Notes: a model not told the origin generated them from the sequence alone. A stretch of DNA of 64,000 nucleotides from Candidatus Gilichinskyi gelida (GCA_038040385.1 JBBPII010000021.1:36614-100613); one strand, 5' to 3'. Counted from the first letter of the stretch, positions 8,566 to 18,605 are shown. Made by a program: numbers and translations.

Positions 8566-9159
8566 ATGGGCGCGCTCCTCGCTCTCCTGCTGGCGTTCAC
8601 CGACCCGTGGGCGCCTGACACCGAAGCCGCCGCCGAGGCCGCGGTGGCGCGCCTCGGCGCGAACCGCGCGATGACCCTCGTGCCGCAGGTCCTCAACATC
8701 GTCGGCCTCGAGGCCATGGGACTCGTCGGCCAGTCGAGCGGTCTGGTGGCCAACGTGCAGGGACTGCAACAGGCCATGCGCGACCTCGGCGCGCAGGAGA
8801 CCGCGCTGGAGATCACGATCGACCTCCCAGCCGACGTGCTCTTCGACTTCGACAAGGCCGACATCCGCGCCGACGCGGCGAAAGCGCTCGCGCAGCTCGC
8901 CACGATCATCCGCGCGCAATCGAAAGGCCGCGCGCGCCTCGAAGGCCACACCGACTCCAAAGGCGACGACGCCTACAACCAGAAGCTCTCTGAGCGCCGC
9001 GCCGAGTCGGTGCGTAAATGGCTGGTGGAAAAAGAGGGCATCGACAACGCCCGGCTCAGTACCAAGGGATGGGGCGAGACGAAGCCGGTCGCGCCGAACG
9101 ACACGGACGCGAACCGGCAGAAGAACCGGCGACTACAGGCAATCGTGGAGAAAATGTAG
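8566..9159 (+). CDS. OmpA-family (OmpA C-terminal peptidoglycan-binding domain) protein
   Basis: LEGHTDSKGDDAYNQKLSERRAESVRKWL...NRRLQAIV is the OmpA_C signature. Confidence 0.8.
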   Translation: MGALLALLLAFTDPWAPDTEAAAEAAVARLGANRAMTLVPQVLNIVGLEAMGLVGQSSGLVANVQGLQQAMRDLGAQETALEITIDLPADVLFDFDKADIRADAAKALAQLATIIRAQSKGRARLEGHTDSKGDDAYNQKLSERRAESVRKWLVEKEGIDNARLSTKGWGETKPVAPNDTDANRQKNRRLQAIVEKM

Positions 9160-9163
9160 GACA

Positions 9164-9967
9164 TCAGCGCAACGCTTCTTCCAGCGCGGTAGCGCTATCG
9201 GTTTTCTCATCCCGATACTTCACGATCACCGGCGTGGTCATCGACAGCCCGTGCTGCTCGGCGAAGGCGCCCTTCATCGGACGCGAGCCGGGGATGACGA
9301 CGGCGCCGTATGGCACTTCACGGCGATAGATCTGGCCGCGCACGACGTCGTAGATCGGCGTCGACGCGGTGAGGATCACCCCCGCGCCGATCACGGCGCG
9401 CGAGCGGACCACGGTCCCCTCGTAGATGCCGCAGTTGCCGCCCACGACCACGTCGTCCTCGATGACCACCGGCAGGTTGCCGATCGGTTCGAGCACGCCG
9501 CCGATCTGCGCGGCGGCGCTCAGATGCACGCGCTTGCCGATCTGCGCGCAGGAGCCGACCAACGCGTGCGAGTCGATCATGGTGTCTTCGTCGACGTACG
9601 CGCCGACGTTCACGAAGGCCGGCGGCATCATCACCACCCCTTTGCCGATGTACGCGCCGCGCCGGATCGATGAGCCGCCCGGGACGATGCGGATGCCGTC
9701 GGAGGCCTTGAAGCGCCGCGGCGGGATGGTGTCCTTGTCGATGAAGGAGAGCGCGCCGGACGCGAACTCCGACGCCACACCGAATTTGAACGCCGCGAGA
9801 ATCCCCTGCTTCACCCACCCCTGCGCCTGCCACACGCCGTCTGCGTCGCGCACCGCGGCGCGGACCGCGCCCTTCTCCAGCTCCGCGAGGAACAACCCGA
9901 TCGTCTTCAACGCCTCGGTGCGGTCGGCGTTGGCCAGAGCGTAGACCCGTTCTTCGATGGTCGGCAT
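9164..9967 (-). CDS. dapD: 2,3,4,5-tetrahydropyridine-2,6-dicarboxylate N-succinyltransferase
   Basis: Hexapeptide-repeat acyltransferase with the DapD-like N-terminus [15 protein letters not shown]...[12 protein letters not shown]. Confidence 0.85.
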   Translation of the reverse strand: MPTIEERVYALANADRTEALKTIGLFLAELEKGAVRAAVRDADGVWQAQGWVKQGILAAFKFGVASEFASGALSFIDKDTIPPRRFKASDGIRIVPGGSSIRRGAYIGKGVVMMPPAFVNVGAYVDEDTMIDSHALVGSCAQIGKRVHLSAAAQIGGVLEPIGNLPVVIEDDVVVGGNCGIYEGTVVRSRAVIGAGVILTASTPIYDVVRGQIYRREVPYGAVVIPGSRPMKGAFAEQHGLSMTTPVIVKYRDEKTDSATALEEALR

Positions 9968-10882
9968 TTACTTGCTCACCGCATCGAACAACCCGCACTC
10001 CTGCAGGATCGCCTCGAGCTTCTTGCGGTTCGCCTCCGTGATCGGCGCCAGCGGAGGGCGGACGGTGTCGGTGGGGATGATGCCGAGCATCTTGCACGCG
10101 GCCTTCACCGGGATGGGACTCGACTCGATGAAATTGCCGGTCATCAGCGGCAGGAGGCGCTCGTGGATGCGGCGGGCACCCGAGAAGTCGCCCGCCAGCG
10201 CTGCGGCGACCATCGTCGACATCGGCCCCGGCACTTCGTTCGAGGCAACCGAGATGATGCCGTCGGCGCCCGCGCCGATGAGCGGCAGGGTCCAGGCGTC
10301 GTCGCCGCTCAGGACGGCGAAGCCCTTCCGCCGATCGCGCAGGATGCTGAGGATCTGCTCCATGTTCCCCGACGCCTCTTTCACGCCGATGACGTTCGGC
10401 ACCTCGGCGGCGATCTGCAGCGTCGTCGCCGCGGTCATGTTCACTCCGGTGCGGCCGGGGACGTTGTACATGATCATCGGGAAGCCGCTCTTCCGCTTCT
10501 CGATGGCCTCGGCCTGCATGCCGAAATGGCGGCGCAGCCCGTCGGGCGTCGGCTTGTTGTAGTAGGGCGTGATGGTGAGGACGCCGTCGGCTCCGAGCTC
10601 GATGGCCTGCACGGCGAGCTCGATGGCCCGGACGGTCGAGTTGCTGCCGGCTCCCGCGAGGACCGGCACGCGATGGTCGGCGGTCTCGATGACGATCTCC
10701 ACCACCCGGCGGTGCTCGTCGGGCGTCAGCGTCGGATTCTCGCCGGTGGTGCCGCACGGGACGAGGAAGTTGATGCCTTCCGCGATCTGCCACTCGACGA
10801 AGCGCGCCAGCGCGGCCTCGTCGAGCGCGCCCGATTCCTTGAAGGGGGTGACGAGAGCCGTACCTACGCCTCTGAACTTCAT
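9968..10882 (-). CDS. dapA: 4-hydroxy-tetrahydrodipicolinate synthase
   Basis: GVGTALVTPF...VPCGTTGE...YNVPGRTG...IGVKEASGN is the DapA/NAL family with the Schiff-base Lys. The start is MKFRGVG (cat at 10880-10882). Confidence 0.9.
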   Translation of the reverse strand: MKFRGVGTALVTPFKESGALDEAALARFVEWQIAEGINFLVPCGTTGENPTLTPDEHRRVVEIVIETADHRVPVLAGAGSNSTVRAIELAVQAIELGADGVLTITPYYNKPTPDGLRRHFGMQAEAIEKRKSGFPMIMYNVPGRTGVNMTAATTLQIAAEVPNVIGVKEASGNMEQILSILRDRRKGFAVLSGDDAWTLPLIGAGADGIISVASNEVPGPMSTMVAAALAGDFSGARRIHERLLPLMTGNFIESSPIPVKAACKMLGIIPTDTVRPPLAPITEANRKKLEAILQECGLFDAVSK

Positions 10883-10904
10883 GTTCTGCTCCCGGGTTGC
10901 GACC

Positions 10905-11570
10905 CTAAAACACCAATTCATCAAACCGAAAGAATCCCTTCCGCCCGCGGACCATCTCCGCAGCCAGGACCGCGCCGCGGGCGAAGCCGTCGCGGCTGCG
11001 AGCGCGATGGGAGATCTCGATCAAATCGTCGGACGAGTCGAAGAACAGCGTGTGCAGGCCGAATTCCGCGCCGACCCGCGAGGAGGCGATCGGCGGATCG
11101 AGCTTGCCGCCGCTCCCCTCTTTGACTTCGCTCGCCATCTTCAGCGCGGTGCCGCTCGGCTCGTCCTTCTTTTGCGAGTGATGGCGCTCCTCGATGCCCG
11201 CCTCGTACTGCGGGAATCGCGCGACCAGCTCTCCGGCGCGGCGCGCCAGCGCGAACGCCACGTTCGCGCCGGGCGAGAAGTTCGAGGCGTAGACGCAGCC
11301 GATGCCGGACTTCTCCACGTGCGCGCGAACGTCGCCGAGCTGCTCGTTCCAACCCGTCGTACCGATCACCAGCCCGATGCCGTTGTCGCAGGCCAGGCCC
11401 ACGGCGCGGCCGAGCGCCGAAGCATGCGAGAAGTCGATCAGCACCTCGGCGCCGTCGAGCGGCTCCTCGCGGTCGACGTCGAGGATACAGACCACCTCGT
11501 GGCCGCGCTCCTTCGCCATGTTCTCGATGGTCTTGCCCATCTTGCCGTAGCCGTGGATGGCGACTTTCAT
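10905..11570 (-). CDS. dapB: 4-hydroxy-tetrahydrodipicolinate reductase
   Basis: MKVAIHGYGKMGK (NAD(P)-binding) ...EERHHSQKKDEPSGTA (the DapB E-x-H-H-x-x-K-x-D-x-PSGTA motif). This is the true part of the long ORF 10905..12782. Confidence 0.85.
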   Translation of the reverse strand: MKVAIHGYGKMGKTIENMAKERGHEVVCILDVDREEPLDGAEVLIDFSHASALGRAVGLACDNGIGLVIGTTGWNEQLGDVRAHVEKSGIGCVYASNFSPGANVAFALARRAGELVARFPQYEAGIEERHHSQKKDEPSGTALKMASEVKEGSGGKLDPPIASSRVGAEFGLHTLFFDSSDDLIEISHRARSRDGFARGAVLAAEMVRGRKGFFRFDELVF

Positions 11571-12940
11571 GCCGGTACCGGCGCTTCGAACAGCGCGGCG
11601 TGAATGGCGCGCACCGCCTGGTCGGCGTCGCGCTCGTCGCAGACGATGGAGAGATTGAGACCGGACGTGCCGAGGGAGAACATCGACATCGGCACGCCAC
11701 GCATGGCGTCGAAGACCCGCGCGCCCACGGCGGAGTCCTTCATCAGATTCCGCCCCACGATGGCCACGATGCACTGGTTGTTGCGCACGTCGACGTCGAT
11801 GCCGTTCTTCTCCAGCCGCTCCTTCAGCGCGTCGATGTTGTGGCTTTCGTCGACGGTGACGGAGACCGAGACCTCCGAGGTGGTGATCAGATCGACGGAG
11901 ACATGCAGTTCGTCGAAGATGGCGAAAAGGCGCGCCAGGAAGCCGTACGCGCCGAGCATGCGGCTGGAGGTCATGTGCACCACGCTCACCCCCCGCTTGA
12001 GGGCCACCGCACGCGGGCCAGCCTCGCGCTGGTCGCCCTCGGCGCTCACCAGCGTCCCCGGGCTGGCCACGTTGTGCGTGTTGAGCACGCGCACCGGGAT
12101 GTTGCGCTCCACGGCCGGCGCGATGGTCTTCGGATGCAGGACTTTCGCCCCGAACCACGCCAGCTCCGCCGCCTCGACGTACGAGATGTGGTCGATGACC
12201 CGCGCGCCGGGGATGAGCCGCGGGTCGCAGGTCATCATGCCGTCGACGTCGGTCCAGATCTGGATCTCCTCCGCGCCGATCGCCGCGCCGACGATGGCCG
12301 CGCTGTAGTCGGAGCCGCCGCGTCCGAGGGTGGTGGTGGCGCCGTCGCGGGTGCGGCCGATGAAGCCGCCCATGACCGGGATGTGCCGCCGCTCGACGAT
12401 CGGGAGTAGCACGCGCTGGGCAGCGGCGCGCGTCTCGTCCATCAGGGGGCTGGCCTCGCCGAACTTGGCGTCGGTGAAGACGACCTCGCCGGAGTCGACC
12501 GGCTCGCCCGGCAGCGCCCGCATCATCATCGAGTAGGCGAAGAGCACCGACGAGAGCTGCTCGCCGATGGCCATCACTTTGTCCTTGGCCCGCGGGGTGA
12601 TCTCGCGCAGCAGGGCGATGCCGCGCAGGATGGTGTGGATCTCTTCGATCTGGCGGTGCAGTTTCTTGAGGAAGGCCTCGAAGAAGTCGAATTTCTGCTG
12701 CACCAGGCGCATGGCGACGTCTTCGTGCCGCTGCCGCACGCGGTCGATGATCTCTGCGACGCGCGCCTCGTCCCCGGCGCACGCCGCCTCGGTCGAGGCC
12801 ACGAGGTCGTTGGTGACGCCCGCCAGCGCGGAGACGACCACGATCGGATTGCGCTCCCGCCGCTCGGCAACGATGTCGATGGCGTTGGCCACGCGCTGCG
12901 CGTCGCCGACACTCGTGCCGCCAAACTTGATGATGATCAT
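11567..12940 (-). CDS. lysC: aspartate kinase
   Basis: MIIIKFGGTSVGD...VVVVSALAGVTN...GRGGSDYSAAIVGAA... with C-terminal ACT domains. It overlaps the dapB start by 4 nt. Confidence 0.9.
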   Translation of the reverse strand: MIIIKFGGTSVGDAQRVANAIDIVAERRERNPIVVVSALAGVTNDLVASTEAACAGDEARVAEIIDRVRQRHEDVAMRLVQQKFDFFEAFLKKLHRQIEEIHTILRGIALLREITPRAKDKVMAIGEQLSSVLFAYSMMMRALPGEPVDSGEVVFTDAKFGEASPLMDETRAAAQRVLLPIVERRHIPVMGGFIGRTRDGATTTLGRGGSDYSAAIVGAAIGAEEIQIWTDVDGMMTCDPRLIPGARVIDHISYVEAAELAWFGAKVLHPKTIAPAVERNIPVRVLNTHNVASPGTLVSAEGDQREAGPRAVALKRGVSVVHMTSSRMLGAYGFLARLFAIFDELHVSVDLITTSEVSVSVTVDESHNIDALKERLEKNGIDVDVRNNQCIVAIVGRNLMKDSAVGARVFDAMRGVPMSMFSLGTSGLNLSIVCDERDADQAVRAIHAALFEAPVPA

Positions 12941-12986
12941 GAGCCGCCCCCCACCCGGTTCGCAGTTGGCCGTTGGCCGTTGGCCG

Positions 12987-14081
12987 TCACAGCATGCCCT
13001 TCGCTTCCAGCAGCTCCGCGTTCAACAGCGCCGCCCCCGCCGCCCCGCGGACGGTGTTGTGCACCAGCGCGACCATGCGGTAGTCGAGGATGGGGCAAGG
13101 ACGCAGCCGGCCGACGCTCACCGCCATCCCACCCTCCCGATCGCGGTCGAGGCGCGGCTGCGGGCGGTCGGTCTCGTCGAGCACGTGGATCGGCTGCCGC
13201 GGCGCGGACGGCAACGACAGCTCTTGCGGCTCTCCGCGAAACTCGCGCAGCGCATCGATGAGCTGCGCGCTGCTCGCTGCCAGCCGCAACCTGAGAGAGA
13301 TCGTCATCAAATGCCCGTCGATCACCGGCACGCGATTCACCTGCGCGGAGATGGTCATCGGCGCCGGCTCGAAGCGGCCACCGCTCCACCGCCCCAGGAT
13401 CTTGCGCGGCTCGCTCTCGATTTTCTCTTCCTCGCCGCCGCCGATGTACGGGATCACGTTGTCGAGGATGGCATACGACGCCACGCCGTTGTAGCCGGCG
13501 CCGGAGATGGCCTGCATCGTCGTCACTTGCAGTTGCTCGATGCCGAAGGCGCGCTCGATCGGGGCGATGGCCATCGCCAGGCCGATTACCGAGCAGTTGG
13601 GATTGGTCACGATGGCGCCGCGGCCGCCGCGCCGCTTGCGCTGCTGCTCGATCGCCACCAAATGTTCGGCGTTGACCTCGGGGATCAGCAGCGGCACGTC
13701 GTCGTCCATCCGATGGTTGCGCGAGTTGGAGACCACTACGCAGCCGCGGCCGGCGTAGAGCTCCTCCGCCTCGCCGGCCACCGAGGAGTCGAGGCCGGAG
13801 AAGAGGAGGCGCGATTCGAGATCCGCGTTGAGCGGCTTCACTTCCAGCGACGACGCAGCGCGCGGGAGGAGCGTGTCGAGCCGCCAGTCGGCGGCGTCCG
13901 CGTAGCGCTTCCCGGCGCTGCGGTCCGAGGCCACCACTTCGTGGAGGCGGAACCAGGGGTGATTCTCGAGCAGTTGCACGAAGCGCTGCCCGACCGAGCC
14001 GGTCGCGCCGAGGACCGCGACCGGGATGCGTTCGCTGCGCGATGTGCGCGCGTCAGCCGGGAGGGTGAGCGTTTCGGTCAT
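12987..14081 (-). CDS. asd: aspartate-semialdehyde dehydrogenase
   Basis: VAVLGATGSVGQRF...NPNCSVIGL (active-site Cys)...QAISGAGY. Confidence 0.9.
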   Translation of the reverse strand: MTETLTLPADARTSRSERIPVAVLGATGSVGQRFVQLLENHPWFRLHEVVASDRSAGKRYADAADWRLDTLLPRAASSLEVKPLNADLESRLLFSGLDSSVAGEAEELYAGRGCVVVSNSRNHRMDDDVPLLIPEVNAEHLVAIEQQRKRRGGRGAIVTNPNCSVIGLAMAIAPIERAFGIEQLQVTTMQAISGAGYNGVASYAILDNVIPYIGGGEEEKIESEPRKILGRWSGGRFEPAPMTISAQVNRVPVIDGHLMTISLRLRLAASSAQLIDALREFRGEPQELSLPSAPRQPIHVLDETDRPQPRLDRDREGGMAVSVGRLRPCPILDYRMVALVHNTVRGAAGAALLNAELLEAKGML

Positions 14082-15588
14082 GCAAGAGAGATTCTAAGAC
14101 GAAGACGGCGGCCACCGCGCCGAGGTGAATGAGGCGCAGCGCAAGAAGATGCGACGCGAATGGCCCTACCGCCACGTGCGACAGATCGGCGGTGAAAGGG
14201 GCGTGCCATGGGCCCCAGCGAAACAGCCACCAGCCCGTGGCGGGAGAGGTGAGGCCGGCGAAGTCGTGAAAAAGCGCCCCTTCGTGGATGATCACGTCCC
14301 ATCCCACCAGCCAGCCGGCGGTGATCGCGATCGGCGTCATGGGAAAGAGCGTCGCCACAATTAGCGGCGCCAAGGCGTACCAGAACCACCCCTCCTTCCC
14401 CGCCGCCGGCAGCGCCAGGCCCATGGCGCGGGCGCGGCGGATGTACCCGCCGGCGTGGACGACCTGCGCGACGGTGAAGGCGGCCAGGCCGGCGAGCGGA
14501 AACAGCGCCAGCCGGCGCTGCTTCGAGCGCAGCACGCCGAAGACGATCAGCGCGAGCAGCGGCACGGCGTAGAGCAGCATGCCTCGCAGCGTCAGCGCAT
14601 TCCAGTGCTGCCCGCTGGTCCACACCGCGCTGGCGAGCGTCACCTTCACCATCTCGAAGTAGCGGATCGGCTGCGGCACTCCGGTGGTTGCCGCGGGGTC
14701 GAAGCCGAGGACGCCGAGGGGATTGTGCGTGCGCAGGGCGAGGTCGGCGATGGTGATGGCGATCGAGATCGCGCAGGCGATCGCGACGGTGATCACGCGG
14801 AGGCGCGGAGTACGTTGACGGATCCAGAACAGCAGCAGGATCACCAGCGCGGGCCAGGTGTAGAGCTTGGTCGCCAGCGCCAGCGCCCAGAAGAGCGCGG
14901 CACGCCATGTCGATCCGGCGAACGTGCATGCCAGCGCCAGCGCGAGGAGCATGCAGGCGAAGGCGTCGTTGCTTGCGCGCGCCACGAGCGTCAGCCACGT
15001 CGGGAGCGACACCAGCAGCGCCGCCGCCGCGATCCCGCGCATCCCGAAAAACGTCTCGCCGATGCGCGCGGTCGCCAGCACGATGACCGCGGCGAAGAGG
15101 ATGGACAGCATGCGCCAGAAGCGCAGCTCCGCGAGCTGCGTGCGATGAATGAGGCGCCCGAGGCGCCCGGCGATCGAGTAGTAGAGCCGCGGCTGCTGCG
15201 CCTCGATGTTGGAGCGGAGATAGTTGGCGGTCGTGGCGTGATCGACCACCACCGCGCGCCTGCGGACCACCTCCGGCCAACCGGCGTCGACGTGTCCGAA
15301 GTCGGCCGGGTACGCCGGATCTCCCGCCGTCGCCGAGGCGAGATACTGCGCCACGGAGGGTTCGCGGATGTCGGGATTGCGCCCCTCCTGCAGCACGAAC
15401 ACCAGCCGCGCCACGTGCCACACCTCGTCCAGCCCCGCGTACGGCGGCAGCGCCGCCACCTGCAGCATCAGGCGGGCCAGGGCGGCGGCGGCGACCAGCG
15501 CGTACAGCACGATCCGCGCGACGTCATCCTGAGCCGCGAAGACGGCGAAGGATCTCGGCCTACGCAACCTGAGATCCTTCCCCTTCAC
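14053..15588 (-). CDS. polytopic membrane protein, GT-C/ArnT-like glycosyltransferase fold (hypothetical)
   Basis: About 12 predicted TM segments and an aromatic-rich N-terminal region. The first ~20 codons (MKGKDLRLRRPRSFAVFAAQDD) are encoded by repeat element A1, so the true start is probably an internal GTG near 15513. Confidence 0.45.
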   Translation of the reverse strand: MKGKDLRLRRPRSFAVFAAQDDVARIVLYALVAAAALARLMLQVAALPPYAGLDEVWHVARLVFVLQEGRNPDIREPSVAQYLASATAGDPAYPADFGHVDAGWPEVVRRRAVVVDHATTANYLRSNIEAQQPRLYYSIAGRLGRLIHRTQLAELRFWRMLSILFAAVIVLATARIGETFFGMRGIAAAALLVSLPTWLTLVARASNDAFACMLLALALACTFAGSTWRAALFWALALATKLYTWPALVILLLFWIRQRTPRLRVITVAIACAISIAITIADLALRTHNPLGVLGFDPAATTGVPQPIRYFEMVKVTLASAVWTSGQHWNALTLRGMLLYAVPLLALIVFGVLRSKQRRLALFPLAGLAAFTVAQVVHAGGYIRRARAMGLALPAAGKEGWFWYALAPLIVATLFPMTPIAITAGWLVGWDVIIHEGALFHDFAGLTSPATGWWLFRWGPWHAPFTADLSHVAVGPFASHLLALRLIHLGAVAAVFVLESLLHDRNAHPPG

Positions 15589-15609
15589 TTCGTTCAGGGT
15601 CAGGATGAC
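15523..15609. repeat. Family A nested-hairpin REP/MITE-like element, copy A1
   Basis: gtcatcctgagc-cgcgaagacggc-gaaggatctc-ggcctacgcaacct-gagatccttc-...-gggtcaggatgac. Outer stem GTCATCCTGA/TCAGGATGAC; inner stem GAAGGATCTC/GAGATCCTTC. Confidence 0.8.
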
Positions 15610-16879
15610 GAGTATTTTTCATGTCGCATTAATATCATCGGTTATAATCGCGCTCATCGTTCCCGCCGATACCGCCTGGCTCCTGGTCGCCACCGCGCTG
15701 GTGCTCATGATGACCCCGGCCCTCGGATTCTTCTACGGCGGGATGGTCCGCGCCAAGAACGCTCTCAACACTTTGATGATGAGCTTCTCCGCGCTCGGCT
15801 TCGTCGGATTGGCGTGGGCCTTCTTCGGCTACTCCTTCGCCTTCGGCCGCGGATCGCAGTATTTCCTGCTGCGCGGCGTCGGCCTCGAGGCGAAAGGGAC
15901 GATCCCGCACCTCCTCTTCTTCGCCTACCAGGGAACGTTCGCCGTCATCACCGCCGCGCTGATCTCCGGCGCGATCGTGGAGCGGATGCGCTTCGGCCCG
16001 TACGTGGTCTTCATCACCATCTGGTCGCTGGCGGTCTACGCGCCGGTCGCGCACTGGGTGTGGGGCGGCGGCTGGATCGCCAACCTCGGCGCGCTCGACT
16101 TCGCCGGCGGCACGGTGGTGCACGTGAACGCCGCGGCCGCGGCGATGGTCTGCGCGGTGGTGGTCGGAGCCCGGAAGGACTACGCGCGCCAGGCCATCCT
16201 GCCGCAGAACGTACCGTTCACGCTCCTCGGCGCGGGACTGCTGTGGCTCGGTTGGTTCGGATTCAACGCCGGGTCCGCGCTGGCAGCGAACGGCATCGCC
16301 GCGCTGGCCTTCGTCAACACCATGCTGGCGCCGACGGCGACGTTGGTGGTCTGGACGATGCTCGACCTGATGCGCACGCGCAAGGCCACCGCGATCGGCG
16401 CGGCGACGGGCATCGTGGTCGGCCTGGTGGCCATCACCCCCGCCGCGGGATTCATCAGTCCGCGATTCGCCATCGTGCTCGGCGCGATCGCCGCGGTGCC
16501 GAGCTACTTCGCGCTGCTCTACCGGGCGAAGACTCGCCTCGACGACTCGCTCGACGTCGTCGCCGCGCATGGCGTCGGCGGCATCGTCGGCGCGCTGCTC
16601 ACCGGCGTCTTCGCCTCGAAGCAGTGGAACCCCGGCGGCGCCGACGGCCTCCTCGCCGGCAACGCGCGGCAGCTCGGCGTCCAAGCCATCGCCATCCTGG
16701 CCACGCTCGTCTACAGCGGCGTGGTGACGTTCATCATCGTGAAGCTCGTCGGCGTGGTGATGGCGCTGCGCACCAACACCCGCGACGAAGGCCTCGGCCT
16801 CGACGTCACGCAACACGGCGAGGAGGCGTACAGCAGGGGTGAGGGGGCCATTCTCGTGCTCGACGGGAGGAGCGATTGA
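15605..16879 (+). CDS. amtB: ammonium transporter
   Basis: DTAWLLVATALVLMMTPALGFFYGGMVR...YQGTFAVITAALISGAIVERM...GTVVHVNAAAAA. The hydrophobic, AT-rich signal-peptide-like N-terminus MTSIFHVALISSVIIALIVPA precedes the conserved TM1. Confidence 0.9.
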   Translation: MTSIFHVALISSVIIALIVPADTAWLLVATALVLMMTPALGFFYGGMVRAKNALNTLMMSFSALGFVGLAWAFFGYSFAFGRGSQYFLLRGVGLEAKGTIPHLLFFAYQGTFAVITAALISGAIVERMRFGPYVVFITIWSLAVYAPVAHWVWGGGWIANLGALDFAGGTVVHVNAAAAAMVCAVVVGARKDYARQAILPQNVPFTLLGAGLLWLGWFGFNAGSALAANGIAALAFVNTMLAPTATLVVWTMLDLMRTRKATAIGAATGIVVGLVAITPAAGFISPRFAIVLGAIAAVPSYFALLYRAKTRLDDSLDVVAAHGVGGIVGALLTGVFASKQWNPGGADGLLAGNARQLGVQAIAILATLVYSGVVTFIIVKLVGVVMALRTNTRDEGLGLDVTQHGEEAYSRGEGAILVLDGRSD

Positions 16880-16884
16880 CCACG

Positions 16885-16971
16885 TTTATCCTGAGCGCGA
16901 AGGGCGAAGGATCTGCCGCCCACTTGCGCAGCGCATATAGGCGCCAGATCCCTCGCTTCGCTCGGGATAAA
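16885..16971. repeat. Family A element, copy A2 (TTTATCCTGA subtype), exactly filling the amtB-glnK spacer
   Basis: gtttatcctgagcgcgaagggcgaaggatctg-ccgcccacttgcgcagcgcatataggcgc-cagatccctcgcttcgctcgggataaa. Confidence 0.8.
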
Positions 16972-16985
16972 TTAGTGAGGAGCGA

Positions 16986-17348
16986 ATGAAACTCGTCGTC
17001 GCCATCATCCGGCCCGACCGCCTCGGCAACGTGCTCGAGGAGTTGTTCCGCGCGAAGATCGCCGGCCTCACCATCAGCCGCGTGCAGGGGCACGGCGGCG
17101 AGACCGAGCGCGTGGAGACCTATCGCGGCACGACGGTCAAGATGGAGCTGACCGAGAAAGTGCGCATCGAGATCGGCGTCTCCGATCACTTCGTCGATCC
17201 GACCATCGACGCCATCATCGCCGGCGCGCGCACCGGCGACGTCGGCGACGGAAAGATCTTCGTGATGCCGGTGGAGCGCGTGGTGCGGATCCGGACCGGG
17301 GAGACGGACCGCGCGGCGGTGACGCCGGTGGGAGTCGCGCCGGATTGA
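16986..17348 (+). CDS. glnK: nitrogen regulatory protein P-II
   Basis: MKLVVAIIRPDRLGNVLEEL...GLTISRVQGHGGETERVETYRGT (T-loop)...GDGKIFVMPVERVVRIRTGE. RBS GAGGAG. It has an 8-aa C-terminal extension. Confidence 0.85.
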   Translation: MKLVVAIIRPDRLGNVLEELFRAKIAGLTISRVQGHGGETERVETYRGTTVKMELTEKVRIEIGVSDHFVDPTIDAIIAGARTGDVGDGKIFVMPVERVVRIRTGETDRAAVTPVGVAPD

Positions 17349-18574
17349 GCTCCGGCCACGACCCCTACGCCCCACTCCGCTACTCGAACTTCCGCTGGCT
17401 CGTGCTGGCGCACGGCACCTCCACCGTGGCGCGCGAGGCGCAGATCGTCGTCGTCGCCTGGCAGATCTACGAAGTCACCAAAGACCCGCTGTCGCTGGGA
17501 CTGATCGGGCTGGCCGAGGCGCTGCCGTTCGTGGCGGTGGCGCTGTATGCGGGACATGTGGCGGATCGCGCCAACCGGCGGACCATCGCCATCGCCGGGA
17601 CGCTGGGGCTGGCGATCTCCGCCGTCGCCCTGCTGCTGTTCACACTCAATCCGGCGCTGCTGCACAACGTCTGGCCGATCTACGGCGTGATCTTCGCCAG
17701 CGGCATCGCGCGGAGCTTCACCCGGCCGGCGGTCACCGCGCTCTCCGCGGAGCTGGTGCCGCGCGAGATCTACTCGGGCGCGGTGGCGTGGCGATCATCC
17801 GTGTGGCAGGGGGCGGCCATCGCCGGGCCGGCGCTCGGCGGCATGCTGTACGGCTTCTGGGGGCCGAGGCTGACCTACGGCGTGGTCATCGTCCTCTTCG
17901 CCGGCGCGCTCGCGGCGCTGCTGGCCATCACCCACCAGTCGGAGCCGCTGCCGAACGACATGCCGATCGGCGAGAGCCTGCGGGTCGGCCTACGGTTCCT
18001 CTGGCGTCAGCCGGTGCTCCTCGGCGCGATGACCCTCGACCTCTTCTCCGTCCTCTTCGGCGGCGCGGTCGCGCTGCTGCCGATCTTCGCCAAGATGCTC
18101 GGCGCCGGCCCGCAGGGACTCGGCGTCCTCCGCGCCGCGCCGGCGGTCGGCTCGCTCGCCGTCGGCGTCTACCTCGCCCACCGCCTACCCTTCCGCCGCG
18201 CCGGGCCGACGCTGTTCGTCGCCGTCGCCGTCTTCGGCCTGACGATGATCGGCTTCGCCCTGTCGCGCAGCTTCCTGCTCTCATTCGGCCTGTTGATGCT
18301 GAGCGGCGTGGCGGACAACGTCAGCGTCCTGATCCGCGGCACGCTGATGCAGACCCTCACCCCGCGCGAGCTGCTGGGACGGGTGGCGTCGGTGAACTCG
18401 ATCTTCATCGGCGCCTCGAACGAGATCGGCGCCTTCGAGTCGGGCGTCGCCGCGCGCCTCCTCGGCGTCGTGCCGTCGGTGATCTTCGGCGGGGTGATGA
18501 CGCTGGTGGTGGTGGCGGTGACGGCGGTGGCGTCGCCGCGGCTGCGGAAGATGCGAGAAATCCACTCCCTGTAG
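17345..18574 (+). CDS. MFS transporter (EntS/YbdA-like)
   Basis: 12-TM MFS pattern with FRWLVLAHGTS...GHVADRANRR. The track start is TTG, overlapping the glnK stop. Confidence 0.75.
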   Translation: MSSGHDPYAPLRYSNFRWLVLAHGTSTVAREAQIVVVAWQIYEVTKDPLSLGLIGLAEALPFVAVALYAGHVADRANRRTIAIAGTLGLAISAVALLLFTLNPALLHNVWPIYGVIFASGIARSFTRPAVTALSAELVPREIYSGAVAWRSSVWQGAAIAGPALGGMLYGFWGPRLTYGVVIVLFAGALAALLAITHQSEPLPNDMPIGESLRVGLRFLWRQPVLLGAMTLDLFSVLFGGAVALLPIFAKMLGAGPQGLGVLRAAPAVGSLAVGVYLAHRLPFRRAGPTLFVAVAVFGLTMIGFALSRSFLLSFGLLMLSGVADNVSVLIRGTLMQTLTPRELLGRVASVNSIFIGASNEIGAFESGVAARLLGVVPSVIFGGVMTLVVVAVTAVASPRLRKMREIHSL

Positions 18575-18605
18575 AAGAACTTGACCGCCACGCTACTCTG
18601 GCTTC

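Noticed and set aside
10905-12782. 625-aa ORF 10905..12782 and 790-aa ORF 36835..39207
   Set aside because: These are upstream read-through extensions. Only the C-terminal parts carry recognisable proteins (DapB from 11570; the low-GC membrane protein from 38100). The upstream portions overlap lysC and the CNNM gene in other frames.
15636-15646. Perfect TATAAT with an upstream TTTTCA in the AT-rich stretch at the amtB 5' end, as a possible promoter
   Set aside because: It lies downstream of the only start codon that preserves the conserved AmtB TM1 (DTAWLLVATALVL). The AT-richness is explained by Ile/Phe/Val codons of a signal-peptide-like N-terminus.
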